Assembly: GCA_026025075.1 (NCBI GenBank)
Contig: JAPEUI010000159.1
Coordinates: forward strand, 1-32,482
Reading direction: 5' to 3'
Length of the DNA stretch: 32,482 bases
DNA from: Vezdaea acicularis
Lineage: Eukaryota
In this document: positions 1 to 12,248 of the stretch, in pieces
Position numbering within the stretch: the stretch's first letter is position 1
Layout of the letters: every line of letters begins with the position of its first letter
Program-made: the position numbers and the translations under genes
Notes under the pieces: model-generated
Told to the model about the DNA's origin: nothing
The model's database searches: none
The model's input: only the letters and a program-made list of their open reading frames with translations

Positions 1-335
1 TCTTCTTGTGGGGATGGCGGGAGATATTCTTCTTCGACGAAGCCGACGAGGTGCGAGAGAGGGAAGGTCGTGCTGTCTCTGGACAGTGTTGGGCCTTCGT
101 CGGAGGAGTCGGACGGAGTTGGACTTTCACACTTTGGTGCTGGGGGTTTGGACTTGTGGAGGGCCTCGTGTGGGAGGGGAGGAAGATCTTTTGTAAGGGT
201 AGGGCTCCTTGGAATACGGTCTTGATGCTCTCTCTGCTCAGCCTGCTTGGAGTGAGATCTTGGGGGTGGAGAGGGTGGTTCCTTGCTGCGAAAGTTCGCG
301 TTTGAGTTTTTCGTCCATTTCTGTGGGCTAGACAT
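1..335 (-). CDS. 5' part of a hypothetical protein (Pro/Ser-rich, probably disordered N-terminus), truncated by the window edge
   Basis: Minus-strand ATG at 335 opens a stop-free frame to position 1 (MSSPQKWTKNSNANFRSKEPPSPPPRSHSKQAEQREHQDRIPRSPTL...VEEEYLPPSPQE). It is absent from the ORF track because no stop lies in the window. No family recognised. Confidence 0.5.
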   Translation of the reverse strand, partial: MSSPQKWTKNSNANFRSKEPPSPPPRSHSKQAEQREHQDRIPRSPTLTKDLPPLPHEALHKSKPPAPKCESPTPSDSSDEGPTLSRDSTTFPLSHLVGFVEEEYLPPSPQE

Positions 336-983
336 CGTGAGGTGAAGAAATTTTTGACGGTTGCCGCGCCGATTTGCTTTCCACTTGGTTTCCACGCCGA
401 TTTAAGTTTTTATTGACGTTTTGGTAAAAGGGGTATACGCAATGGTAAACGGTTGATTTTGTCGAGCGTATTGGTAAACGTGAACGTTACGTGTAGCTTG
501 TAACTTGTGATGAATTGATGCAAAAGGACGGTGGGTTAGGTTTGAGGGAAAGGAGACGAGAATGAACTTGACCACACCACGGGAGACGTGTTCGCACATT
601 TGAGCAGCAAAATCGCATGACGGACACAATGGAAATGACGTAGATGCCAGAACGACATGGAAAGTGAACGATAGTTGCACTTACGATAACTCAATCAAAC
701 TATGGCTGCTCCTCTAGCAACGAAGCCTGCATTCAACCAATGGGTTCAAACGTAGATCGTAGATCTTAGGGCTCCCTTATGTGCAAACTACTCCCTTTTA
801 CTTTCACCTTCCCAAAGCTCTTTCGCCTGCCCATGCTGCAAAACCTCGACGGATATCCAGGAGCAATCAAAGCACAAACTCCACCATGCAATTTACTTTG
901 GTCATGGTCGCGTTATTAGTGGATCTTTAAACCCCTTCCTCCACCCTTTTTACTTTCTTTAACAGTGGATTACTGCAGCGAAG

Positions 984-2148
984 TTATGCCTTGACATCGT
1001 TTCCCGTAGATTTTGCTGCCACGGCACTATCCACCCTTTGTGCTTCTGATGCCGACATCGAAACGCCTTGAGCCTGGGCTCTCTTGCTCAGAGATATCAA
1101 TTCTCGCATCATGAGCTCTCGAGTGGAGTGTGCGAGGTCATCAACGTCAGCTGCAGTAAGACCAGCCGTGGATATTGGCGGGAGGACTGTATGGGAGAGT
1201 CAGTAGTTGCATAAAAAGCACGAGCTCACTTCATCCATTCATTCAAATTAGAATGAACGCAACATCTCAAGCAACCCACCTTTTACAGGGATACTCCCCG
1301 CCTCAAATATTCTGCTCTGGACATGTAATACGTTCGAGTAGTTGGCTACTACGATGGGCACGATTGGAACTTGGGCATTTACCGCCAAATGAAAGGCCCC
1401 TTTCTTGAACGGCAGCATCTCGGGCTTGGACGTATAGCTCCTCGTGCCCTCGGGGAAAATATAGACGCTCTGCTTGTCCTTCTGCATGTGCGCCGCTGCG
1501 CCATCGAAAGCAGCCATTGCGGTACTACGGTTACTACGGTCAATGAATACAGTGCCGCTGAGAGCCACTATGGAGATCAGGCCTATTAGCGTGATATTCC
1601 TCGAGCAATTGGAAAGGTGTAACCCACTGAACCAGCCGAGGAAGGGCATAAGCCGAAGAGACTTCTTTGCCGTCACAGAGCAGTAAGGGGGGAACACCGT
1701 GCCGAGCATCAAAATGTCAAGCTCTCTGTAATTGAGGGCCCACCCATTAGCATTAATGTCTTCAAATTTTGCTACGACCGTCCCCACCACAGCCAACGAC
1801 CAAGGAGGCAGGAACTCACGTCTGATGATTCCCAATAAAGACCGCTGGCCTCACTTTCAAATGATCCTCGCCCTCCACCACGAACCGAACACCCGTCGTA
1901 AAGCGCATGACCCACTTAAAGCTCCTCGCCGTCGCCCACTGGCTCCTTCCTCCATACCCCGCCAGCCTGAGCGCTATCGACGCAAAAACGCCATAAGTCG
2001 CACAGACACACAACGACAGATACGCAGCCAGCAGTCGAGCGTAGAAGCGGAAGAAGGGTATGCGGACAGACAGAGCGTAGAGAACCATCGTGAGTAGCAC
2101 GAGGGCAGCGGGGAAATAGAGGAAGACGAGGGGGAGGTAGCCAGCCAT
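984..2148 (-). CDS. SLC1: 1-acyl-sn-glycerol-3-phosphate acyltransferase (LPAAT), 4 exons
   Basis: Exons 2148-1820, 1725-1628, 1567-1280, 1186-984, all with GT-AG introns. The spliced protein has an N-terminal hydrophobic segment and the acyltransferase motifs NHQTELD (spanning intron 1), FIDR and FPEGTRS, plus PFKKGAFHLAV. Stop is TAA at 986-984. Confidence 0.95.
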
Positions 2149-3442
2149 TGCGGCGGTGATATGCGGGGTAGCGCGAACGAAGGTGTTCGTGGCGTTAATG
2201 CCAGGCCTTAGGGGAATTGCTGACTATGAATATTTCGGCCTGGCTGCTTTTTGGGAAAGGGTTGTGGCGGGAGAAGGGAAGGTCGTGCGTGCCTTTTTCA
2301 CGGTTGAGAAGCTTTTTAGCGTTGTGGAGATCGCCCGAGAAAAAAAGTCTTGGGGGACGGAAGCCGAGCGCGGGGGAGAAGATTCCGATGGACGGTTCTA
2401 TATCTACCCATCCAACGACGGTCGGATGCGCGCCATATTGTGGAGAAGTCACAGGGGAATCGTCAGATGGACTCTGCGGCGGTGATCTTCTTCAGGGATG
2501 CTGCGTCACTCTCTGGAGGGAAGGTCTGTCTTCGCTGAGACATTCAATGCAACGACAGTTGTGCGCATGACGACTTGCTGGTTTCGATTTTGGATTGGTC
2601 TCGCTTGCCGCGCTCCACGTGTGGGAAATGACGGCAGGGGTGATAGGGGGCCGAGGGATTCAGTGCTGCGAGACGCCATGCATGAAAGTATATCTACAAC
2701 ACGAGTACACGTACCAGGGGATCTTCCACACGTGATTTGAGTTTTAAGAGTGTGAGCTGCCCGGAGGCTCACTTCCATTTACCCTATGTGGCAGGAGTCC
2801 TCCCATCCTGACCCTACCTTACAACGCAGGTTCACAGGTAGACAAGGTTTGGGAGTAGATAGAACATCTGATACTCCAGCGGACACTGGGAAAAGACAAG
2901 GACTAGAGAGTGCTATGCTGTTGCTTACAAGTGCACGCTGGTTACCCAACGATGTAAAGGCTCTCCAGACCTATAGTCCCAGAACAATGCGGACTGTCCA
3001 TTGGTATGGTATTATCCAGCCAGAACCAATTGATGCTTCCGCTCTACATGGAGGCGAGCCATCTCTCTTCCCATAGAAATTACTTAGTCTCTGTCTTTGT
3101 GTCGACGCCAATAGTGTTTGGGAGCCTATGGCACATTCATCAGCCACGAACAAACAATTATAGAATACGTGAAAAGACCCATACCTTCAATGCATATCCA
3201 GCGCGTGTTGCTTCATCCTTGGAGAAGTTACATGCTATGACGCGAGGACGAAGTGATTATAGCCAAACTGGAACGAGGATCCCCAAGTATATCAACAGCA
3301 GATGGGGAGACGATCTAACAAGACTTCAAATCTCCACAAATACAGACACCTAGCTCACAAGAAGGTTCGAAAACAAGAACGGCAAGTCACAAGCCTTACA
3401 ACAAGTCCACTTATCTCTGAACAGAAGCCGCAGCCAAGATAG

Positions 3443-6400
3443 TTACTTGTGTAATTGCTTACTAGCCGTCTTAGACCAGTTCACAAAGTCTGTAAAGAAT
3501 GATGGCTGCACGCTCGACTTCTTCTGCAGTAGCCACTGCGTCCACGTATCCGCATAGACCTGCACCACTCCCTTCATATTCTCTCTATCGCTAGCCACCA
3601 AGGCCCTGACTAGTAGCACGCTCATCTGGCTGCAAGCCGAAGCGTGTACCTTCGAGGCATCCCTCATGGCCTCGGCATGGACATCTTTGAGTATCTCCCA
3701 AAATTTCTCGGGTTTGTTCAGTAGTAGAATATGTTTGCTCTTACACGCTTGAGAGAGTTCGCGGAGCAGGTTGCGGGCTTTGTCAACTAAGACTTTACTG
3801 GTTGTTGTGCGAATCAGGACGAGGATAGGTCTGATGATTACGACCGCCTCTGAATCATCTTGCTGCTGCTTCACGTAGATGGTGAGTAGGTCTAGGACAC
3901 GACCCTTGAAGTTGATGATGTTCTCCTTGGCATCTTTTCTCTCTTGTTTTTTCGATGTGATCTTTTTTCTTTCCCGGAATATCTTGGCGAGGTGACCGTC
4001 TAAAACCATCATCTGCTCGTCATCCATGTCTGAATCGTTGGAAGATGAAGCTTCGTTGAGCTTATCCGCTCGCCGAGTACCTAAGGCATCGGCGAGAGCA
4101 GCGTCGAGCTTTTCGGCCTCGTCCACGTCCATATCCTCCATGTCAACTATCTCGTCGTCATCGTCGTCGCCGCTAGCGCTCTGATCGCTCTCATGGAGTG
4201 CACCTCCGTTAATTCCGACATCTCCAGCATCAGATGGAGACTCGTCCTCATCATCCTCTCGATCAAAAATATCCTCTTGACCTTTGATGCTCTCACTAGT
4301 ACTAAGGACCTGAAATACAGATTATTCAGTAATTTCAAAGAGACTCAACTCCGTAAATCTGAACGTACCTCAAGCATGGTCCATAAAGCCTCTGCATTCA
4401 TACCGAACGCGAAAGCGCCAAAGACTTGTTCAACCAGCTTCCTAAGCAGTTGTGATTGCTGTACGGACAGACTCAAGAAGAGCTGTACAAGGGAGACTGG
4501 GGCGCGAACATCAATGCCGGATTTGCTCTTGACTTTAGAAAGGCCATTGTAGTATGCCTCAAGATCCTCAAGCGAGGAGAGAGATTCCTGATCGCCATCG
4601 TAGATCCTCAGAATGATTAGCGAATACAAGAGCTCAATTGCTTGAAAGAGTCTCGATCTTTCTGCCGTGGACCGAGATGTCTGAATATATTAGTACAAAT
4701 CCGCGCATGTATCGTACAATGGACACACCTTTTTATGGATTTCTTTCAGTTTGCTTCTTGCAGAACCAAGAGCTTCTGCTATTTCTGCATCGAACTCAAA
4801 AACTTGCGAGTGATCAGAGGACTTTTCCAACTTTCTAATAATCCTCAGCGTCTTGTATAACCATGAATCCCCTGAAATGACTGTCATGGACACTAGAACG
4901 CCTAAGCTTGAGAACAGCCTCGTCCGAAATAGCTTCTGCGTGGCCGGTGAAAATGGAGGGGTTGCCTTTAGTGACTCCTTCGATGGCATTCTGATGAAGT
5001 AGCCATGCTCTACGAAGATACGTAAGATGACCCCCATAGCGGGATGCACCTTCTCACAGGTCCCACCTGGTAATCCACGAAGTGTGTTCAAACAGAGATC
5101 AGCAAGCACTTGCCGCCTCGACTCAGCCGCTTTGGCCTCGTCAGTTGCTGGTGAGATCATTAGTCTTTCGATAATGTGAAGCATCTCTGTTAGCGTGTGA
5201 CCTTCGGCTAGAAAAACAAGTCGCTCGATTGTCTTGGATTTACTGATCTTATCGAAAGATGGGGACCCATTGGGACCTAATAACGCTTGCAGTGCGATCA
5301 CGGCTGTCCCAGGCCGATCGTGCGAGAGGTTTTGAATCACCTTGACTGCCTTTTGCGCGATTGTGTGCAAGTAGCGATCTTTCTTCGAAAGCTGGTTGAT
5401 GAGACATCGCAAAAGGTTCTTGCTATATATGCAATCCAAAGATTCAACATGAGCATCCCTCAAAACTTTGATAAAGATTAAGAATCCCCAGTACTTCCGT
5501 TCTTCAGATGCTTGAGCGGAGAACAGGGTTTCTATGATATATTAGCTTGATCGAGGAGCTATGGAAAAGTTCCTACCATCGATTACAACATCCCAAAATT
5601 CTTTGAACACCGTTAAATCCGCTCGCTCATATAGCCTAGCAAATACAGCATCCCACACGAAATGGAGCTTGCCGTTCCATGTTCCACGTTGACTGCTCCC
5701 ACTCTGCTTCTGAGCATCTTGAGGCTTTTTAGATTTATCTTTCTGCGAGGATGTCTCCTTGAGTATCTTGGCTAATCGAGCAAAATTTGAAGGATCAAGG
5801 GGGTCTCCATTCTCCCATGAAAGAGTTCTCACAGCGCCCTTGTTACCAAGTTCGAGTGCACGCAAAGAGATAGCTACTGCCTCGGGCGTATCAACAAGAT
5901 TATGGTCCTTCAACCCCTCGGTGACTGGCAGTACTACATCGAACGAGCAATGAGGCTGGGCCTTTAAACCTTCATACAAGACAGAGCCGCACTCTTCTCG
6001 GAGCCAGGACTTCTTCCTAGCTAGGTCTAGCAAAAGCTTCGTCACTTCTGTCCAATGCTCGAGGCCCGACAGTGGCTGGAACAAGATGCCTGAGGTAACG
6101 ATGGCCTTCAGGCCGAACAGCCTCCCAAAATGGTGATCACGTCTCTCCTGGAGGCCAACTGATTAGACCACATACACCACTCGTCATCAATATCATGCAA
6201 CGGGGCCACGCACTTGTCCAGACGCACTACCTTCCGGATGGGTTGCCGTCTTGAGGATATGCAGTACACGGTCAAAGTCGATCCCCAGCGCTTCTCCAAG
6301 CGTCCCTTGAGGCCCTAGCAGTTGAACCAGCAGCTACACGCACTGATTAGACTCTGTCCCGTGCCTCGAAACAGGCTTTGAAGCCGCAGAGGTAGGACGC

Positions 6401-6603
6401 ACCTCCGTGAACGCTACGGAGAACCCAATTCGACTCGACTCCCTCCCACTCGCCAAGCCCCGTATCAGACGGTTGAGAGCATATTCGACAGAGGCGGCGG
6501 ACGGCTGATTGGCCAGTGATAGCTCCGAGAGTAGGGCATGGGCCGCTTCGAGACGAACGGTTTCGTCATTGCTCGCCAAGTCGTTGTAGTATTGAAGAGA
6601 CAT
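3443..6603 (-). CDS. POL5: DNA polymerase phi / Pol5 (MYBBP1A-like nucleolar ribosome-biogenesis protein), at least 6 exons
   Basis: Exons 6603-6403, 6333-6214, 6147-5577, 5531-4729, 4680-4369, 4309-3443 join in frame. Recognised Pol5 signatures: YALNRLIRGLASGRESSRIGFS, ERRDHHFGRLFG, KKSWLREECG, ASEERKYWGF, a long acidic linker, SDMDDEQMM and FKGRVLDLLTIY. The start may extend to 6723 (see findings). Confidence 0.9.
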
Positions 6604-8022
6604 GCTGGCCCTTCCAATAATACATCAGAACTCCTAGCCTCATATGTACCCTTGGGGATAACTGCTACCGGGATATGGTTCGTGGGTTGGTGGGACGATA
6701 GGGTCCGATCGAGTGCAAACCATGGTCACGGAAGATTTAGGCGAGGCGAGAAAAAACACAGTAGAGTTCGTCCTAAGACGGCAATCCATCAAAGCGGTTG
6801 CCCGGATTCAGGGCAGAGCTCCCATGCAGATCCATCGCGCAAAGATAAAAGCTCCAGTCAAGGATGCGATCGCCGATGCGGCTTGCGATCGACCGCACTC
6901 GAAACAGGGCAGGGCAGGGCCGAGCAGGGAGATCCATGACGTCTTGGCGGGAGGACATCACACGTGACTGCGCGCCAGGCTGGCGTTACGGCGGGTTAGC
7001 GCCGAGTTCGCGCTCGCGTTGTTTACTCGCGAAAAAGCATCTGGCGCTCTCTTTGGTTGTCGCCCTTCGCGACCATCCCGCCGTGCAACGATCGAGCGGC
7101 GGCCGCCAGACCATGCTCCCTTGAGACCATGCTCCCTTCCGAAGCTTAATCAGAGGATGGGCTGCTCTCCGGTCCCCACTCGGATCCACGGCGGAACCGC
7201 CAGTGTCCTCCTTGCTGGCGTCTACTCCAGCCAGTACCGACCCTTCAGTCAACACGTCGAGCGCCGTCGTGCTACCAGGAGATTACCGCGCAATGAAGGG
7301 GCTCTCGAAGCGCGAATTGAGGGGTATAAGGGACGAGGAGAGCAGGAGAAGCTGATGAAGGGGCAGCTGCGCGATGTGTCAATCGTGAAGTCATCTCGAG
7401 GAGGATACTCTGGCAACGATAGCCGCTGGGCGAGTGATTGGACGGTGGAACAAGCTCCTCCACGACCGTCGCGCTGACCGGCGGCGTATCTTGGACCAGA
7501 ACGGACTGGAGCAGCTGCAGCCAAGGGCGCGGTCGATACGACACGGCCGTGACGGAGAGATCCAGAGCGCTCGCAACGTGCGCTGATTCGCGGTCGTGGA
7601 GCATGCCTCAACCCTGTCGCGGGCAAGCTCGCAATTCCTTCGTGCGCCGTCGAAGCAACGACGCAAGCCCCTCACCGACGCCCGTGTTTGATCCCACCTG
7701 AAAAAAGGCCGAGCAAGAAGGGCAGATGGCAAAGGGCTGAGGGCTGACGGAGGAGAACGGCGGAAATGCCAGATGCCAAACCCTGCTCTGTCCGCTGCCG
7801 CTGCCGCCGTCCCTCCTCGCGAGCGCTGCCCGGCCCAACCCTGATTGACTGTGCATTTGTGCCGCCCCCATCTCGCATCACAATCCTCTCCCCCGCCCAG
7901 CGCCCGCTTGCCATGTTGCTTCGACAACGACCGTATCCAGAAACCTCCAGCGCTTCGGGACGCCGTTCGGCGACAAGCTTCGTTGCTCCACCATCACCAG
8001 CGAGCATCTCCGCCCTCCTCTA

Positions 8023-8130
8023 AAACAGCTTATGCCCTCATCTCTTTCCCCTCTTCCCATCGTGTCTCCTCCGCCCGCCGTCCCCGTGCTTGCTCCTCTT
8101 CCTTCTTCTCCTCCTCCTCCACCCTCGGCA
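8023..8130 (+). promoter_or_regulatory. Pyrimidine (CT)-rich tract, probable core promoter/TSS region of CDC25
   Basis: Almost purine-free runs (e.g. tctctttcccctcttccc, ctcctcttccttcttctcctcctcctcc) lie ~400 nt upstream of the CDC25 ATG. CT-rich boxes typically precede transcription starts in filamentous fungi. Confidence 0.4.
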
Positions 8131-8506
8131 TAAGAGTCCACCATTGAGCCCCTCGGACATCTCCTAGACGCATGTGCATCGCCTCGCCCCGACGTAATCG
8201 CCCTTTTTCGCCAGCATCACCATCTCTGCCGCCGGTTCCCAATGTATTTCCTCTGACGTAGCTTGCTATCCCCAGGATCCTTTGTCTTGACGACGGACGG
8301 ACGACTATCCTCCTGCAGGTCCAGTAGAGCGGACGGGTCCGTGTGCTTTCCCATCGGTCTTCAGCGGAACGGACAAAGCTGAGAGAGAACGCTCAATTGC
8401 AACGGCTACGGGGCAAACACAATCGAGAGCTCCCTTGTTTGATACTATCAAACTTGACGCCTTCGCTTGAGTCCGGTTGGGTTGTCATAGCATCAAGCTC
8501 ATCATC

Positions 8507-10372
8507 ATGGAGCGTTCCTCGCCATTGGCTGCAATGCAGCCCAGCGCAACACTCTGGGGACTGGGACCAGAGTCGTTCAATTCGAATCCGTATTTTGCCC
8601 GATCGTCTCATGCGGCACCGGCGAGCTTCAATTTTCAGGATCTGAGCATGAAGAGCAAGTCGTCATCGGACTATTTTACGCTTGGTCCCGTACGAGGATC
8701 TTCACCGACGGCCTCCCTCGCGGCAGACTTGTCACAGAACTTCCATATCGACAAGAGGTCGGTCGAGCCCTCTAATTAGACTTGCAAAGCAATAAAACTA
8801 ACTTTTACATTTCAATTATAGCCCCCAGCTCCCAACGCCTCGGCGGTCGCTCTTCACCTCCAACCTGTTCGGGACACTCGATGGTCGGGGTAAGGCATTC
8901 TTCGCCAGACGTGCGTAATAATTACACATATTTACAATTTCCACAGAGCAGGTCACTACCCCGCCGCTCCCGTCGTCATCTCCGGGGCCAGGAAATGATT
9001 CAATGGACCTGTCGCCGCTCCCCCATAAAGCGCCATATGCCGTGAAGGTCGATCCACCGACGCCGGGGGAGAACATGGACGACTCTTCCATGCTCTCCTC
9101 TCCTACACGACTGGTGGAGTCACCTCTGGAAGCTCCTAGGCATCACACGTTCCAGGAGTAAGTTCTGGTGAATGTCTTAGGTGAAGTCCTTGCTGATTTT
9201 TCTTAGGCGAAGGAAACCACCTTTTCTCCGGCCATCCCTAGCTCGTGCGAAGGGGTTCTCGACCAACACGGTGTCATTGCGGTCGAATGGAGCCGAGAAT
9301 AAGCTCCCTGCATTCACATTTGGCACGAGCAGCAGCAAGCCTTCGGTGCCCACATCGTTGTCGTTGGGAGAATGTTTTGGGGACTCTCCACCACAAGACC
9401 GAAAACAAGCACCGATCCTGATGGGTCCGCCTCGTGCTCGACAGCCCTTTGGAATCGTCAATGGCAGCGCACGAAATGGATCTCCGATTAATTCGAGCAT
9501 TCGCAAACCACTGCCCTCCCAGGCCAGGCCTCGGAAGCAGTTTCGTCGGACTTTGAGTATGTTTGAAAAGCCCGGTGATGTGATGAAGCAGGAGAAAAAG
9601 GACTTCGGGCAGGATGCTGGTCTCCAATCTATCGCAGATATAGATGACACCCATCAGCTTGGCTTGCCGCATTTCATTCCTGAAGACCAGGCCGACAGCT
9701 TGCCCCGCATCTCCAAGGAAACCCTTGTACAGGTTCTTGATGGACAGCATGCTCAAAGGTACACCAAGACGGTCATTATCGACTGCCGATTCGAGTATGA
9801 ATACCAAGGTGGCCACATTGAGGGAGCCGTGAACCATAACAATAAAGAGTCCCTTGCACAGGAGCTCTTCACCTCGGCATTGCCAGCCCAGACGTTACTC
9901 GTGTTCCACTGCGAGTATTCGGCCCACCGAGCTCCAATGATGTACGTTGCTCCTGCACAACTGACATGACTTATGACTTATATCTTATAGGGCCAAATAC
10001 GTTCGTCATCGCGATCGCTCCATCAACGACTTCCGCTACCCTCAACTGTCCTATCCCGAAATGTACATATTAGACGGCGGATATAGTGCCTTCTTCCCAT
10101 CACATCCAGGACGCTGCTTCCCACAGAATTATGTCGAGATGGATGCACAAGAGCACGCCAGTACCTGCGAACGCGAGATGGGTAAACTCCGTCAGCGAAC
10201 CAAGCTAGGTCGTGCCGCAACTTTTGCCTTTGGACAGCATGATCAGATGGAGAGCAGTCCTACTGGTCCAGCGCGAATGAGCGATGACTCTATGATGGGC
10301 TCTTCGATATCAAGCCAGTCCTCAGACTTCAGACCGTTGTCGACAAGGCGTTTGGCCTCATACCCGCATTGA
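8507..10372 (+). CDS. CDC25: M-phase inducer phosphatase (Cdc25/Mih1/NimT family), 5 exons
   Basis: Exons 8507-8757, 8822-8889, 8947-9157, 9207-9941, 9991-10372. N-terminus is MERSSPLAAMQP...SSPTASLAADLSQNFHID. The rhodanese-fold catalytic domain has IIDCRFEYEYQGGHI, the HCX5R active site HCEYSAHR, and YPEMYILDGGY. Confidence 0.95.
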
Positions 10373-11391
10373 TTCCTTTTCAACTTTTCCTAATCTCTCG
10401 GCATCACGGAGTATTGCATTGGGACCGGCGTTTTTTTTCTTATTCCAGCATTCTCGGCGCATTGACTGCGACTTACCCTTCATCATCCTTGGGCTGCATT
10501 TGAGCGGATACCCCCATAATACCTGTTCGCCATGGAACTGGTCCTTATAAGACCCTTTGATTAAGAGCTCAGCTATATTTCAATGCTGCTCGGTCGACCT
10601 AGTGCTGCAAGCTAGCACCAGGAGGTAGTGATACAGAATGCGATCGCATCCATCAGTAGCCAGCGGTCAATCTAGTCTCATCAGTCATTCCAGCTTCTCG
10701 AAGCCTGCACCATAAATTTTCCTTTATCATCACACTTACAAACAATACCACATTTCCTACCCATCCTCCATTATCTCTGGCTTGTGCCAAGGCCATAACG
10801 CAACTTGCCTATCTCACATGAAAAAGAGAGTAGGGCGGCTGCTTGTGGACCTCCGATATCACACTACCCACACCAAGATACATAAACACCTTTTATTTTC
10901 CTTACAGCACAGATTGAGATCCTTCCTGGATATATCCAGCTCACGTATTTGGGTCAGTCAGCCGCCCCCTAGGATAAGCCTCTGTACCATGCATCCCGTC
11001 GTCGAAATTGCTGGTGGAAGCTTTGGCAATTGCATTTGGTGTGCTTGGCATTTTGCGCAACTGCGTTTTGCCTGCAGCTGAGGAAACTGGTACGAGCGCA
11101 AATTGGAACGAGGGCGTTCTTAGAGACGCGCGAGTGCTTGCTATTGGGGAGATGTAGGATTATAGGTAGCCGGCTGATAATGCATTGGATTGTTCAATTG
11201 CTGTGATCTTGTATTGAAGTGAAGTGAAGTAAAGTCTGTTGGATACAATCTTCATAACCACCACCCCACCATCTCGCGAATCGATTACCCCACAAAACAA
11301 CCTCCCATCCACCACACTCTACCAACGACCTCCACTCCACTCCCCTCCCCTCCAACTTCTAATTTTTCCTCTCTCCCCATTACGTCCACAA

Positions 11392-12248
11392 ATGGACGAC
11401 ATCGACGACATCCTCGCCTCCGTCTCCGCCGCCCCCATCATCCCCCAGCACACGCGCGACCTGCACACTCTCACGCGCCTCTGGGTCGCCGAGCGCAGCG
11501 CCCCGGAGGTTTTACCCTGGGATGCCGAGATGATGGGGAGGGTTCTGGAGGGAATACGGAAGCAGGTGAGGATTCTTTTTCCGGTGTTTACTTCAGAGGA
11601 TAGACTTTGCTTCATTCGGACTTGTGGACGGACGGAACGAGCTGACAGCTGACGGGTTAGAGGGGCCTAGATCGACCTCGTGGAAGCGGAGACCGGCAAC
11701 GAAGACCCCCGCGCTAGCTTCCGCCTTATTATCATTCAGACGGAGCTCGAGCGCTGGAAGTATCTCGTAAGGAGCTATCTGCGCGCGAGACTAGCTAAGG
11801 TATTTTCCATCCACCCTCCTCTGCCCTATGCGCCCCAGCCGCCCAGTCCCACACACAGAACACTAACCCCCTCGTTCTCTCTCGCGTATAGATCGACAAA
11901 CACGCTCTCCACTACCTCCGCCAATCCACCTTCCCCTCCGCCTCCTCCTCCCCACCCCTCCTCAATCCCTCGGAACTAGCGTACGCACGAACGCATCAGT
12001 CGTTGCTACAAGCGCATTATCAGGCCTCCTTCCTCAATGCGTTTCCGGAGCAGTTGAGAGGATTGGAGGATACGGCGGGGGGCATCTCGATGGTTGAAGA
12101 GCCGGATTTGGAGGCCGTGGTTTGGGTTAGGGTGCTGGCTGAGGGGGTGGAGGTGGAGGGGGAGAGGCAGGAGAGGGGCGCGGTACTGGTTGTTAGGTGG
12201 AGGAGTGTGAGGGGGGGGGTGCTCCGGGGAGGGGTCGAACTGGTTTGA
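11392..12248 (+). CDS. SLD5: GINS complex subunit Sld5 (GINS4), 3 exons
   Basis: Exons 11392-11565, 11671-11799, 11892-12248. Motifs [52 protein letters not shown] and [16 protein letters not shown] are typical of fungal Sld5. Confidence 0.92.

Noticed and set aside
2156..3353. Short ORFs between SLC1 and POL5; two CACGTG boxes (2616, 2729) upstream of SLC1
   Set aside because: The ORFs lack coding features, and hexamer matches alone are too weak to call regulatory sites.
6538..8242. Many overlapping 60-180 aa ORFs on both strands between POL5 and CDC25
   Set aside because: The region is a GC-rich divergent promoter/leader. The ORFs are Arg/Ser/Pro-rich with no recognisable motif and many lack an ATG start, consistent with chance.
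9177..9837. Antisense ORFs of 157 and 187 aa
   Set aside because: Shadows of CDC25 exon 4 with no independent coding signal.
11216..11235. (GAAGT)n short repeat upstream of SLD5
   Set aside because: Only 3-4 units; an ordinary microsatellite with no evidence of function.
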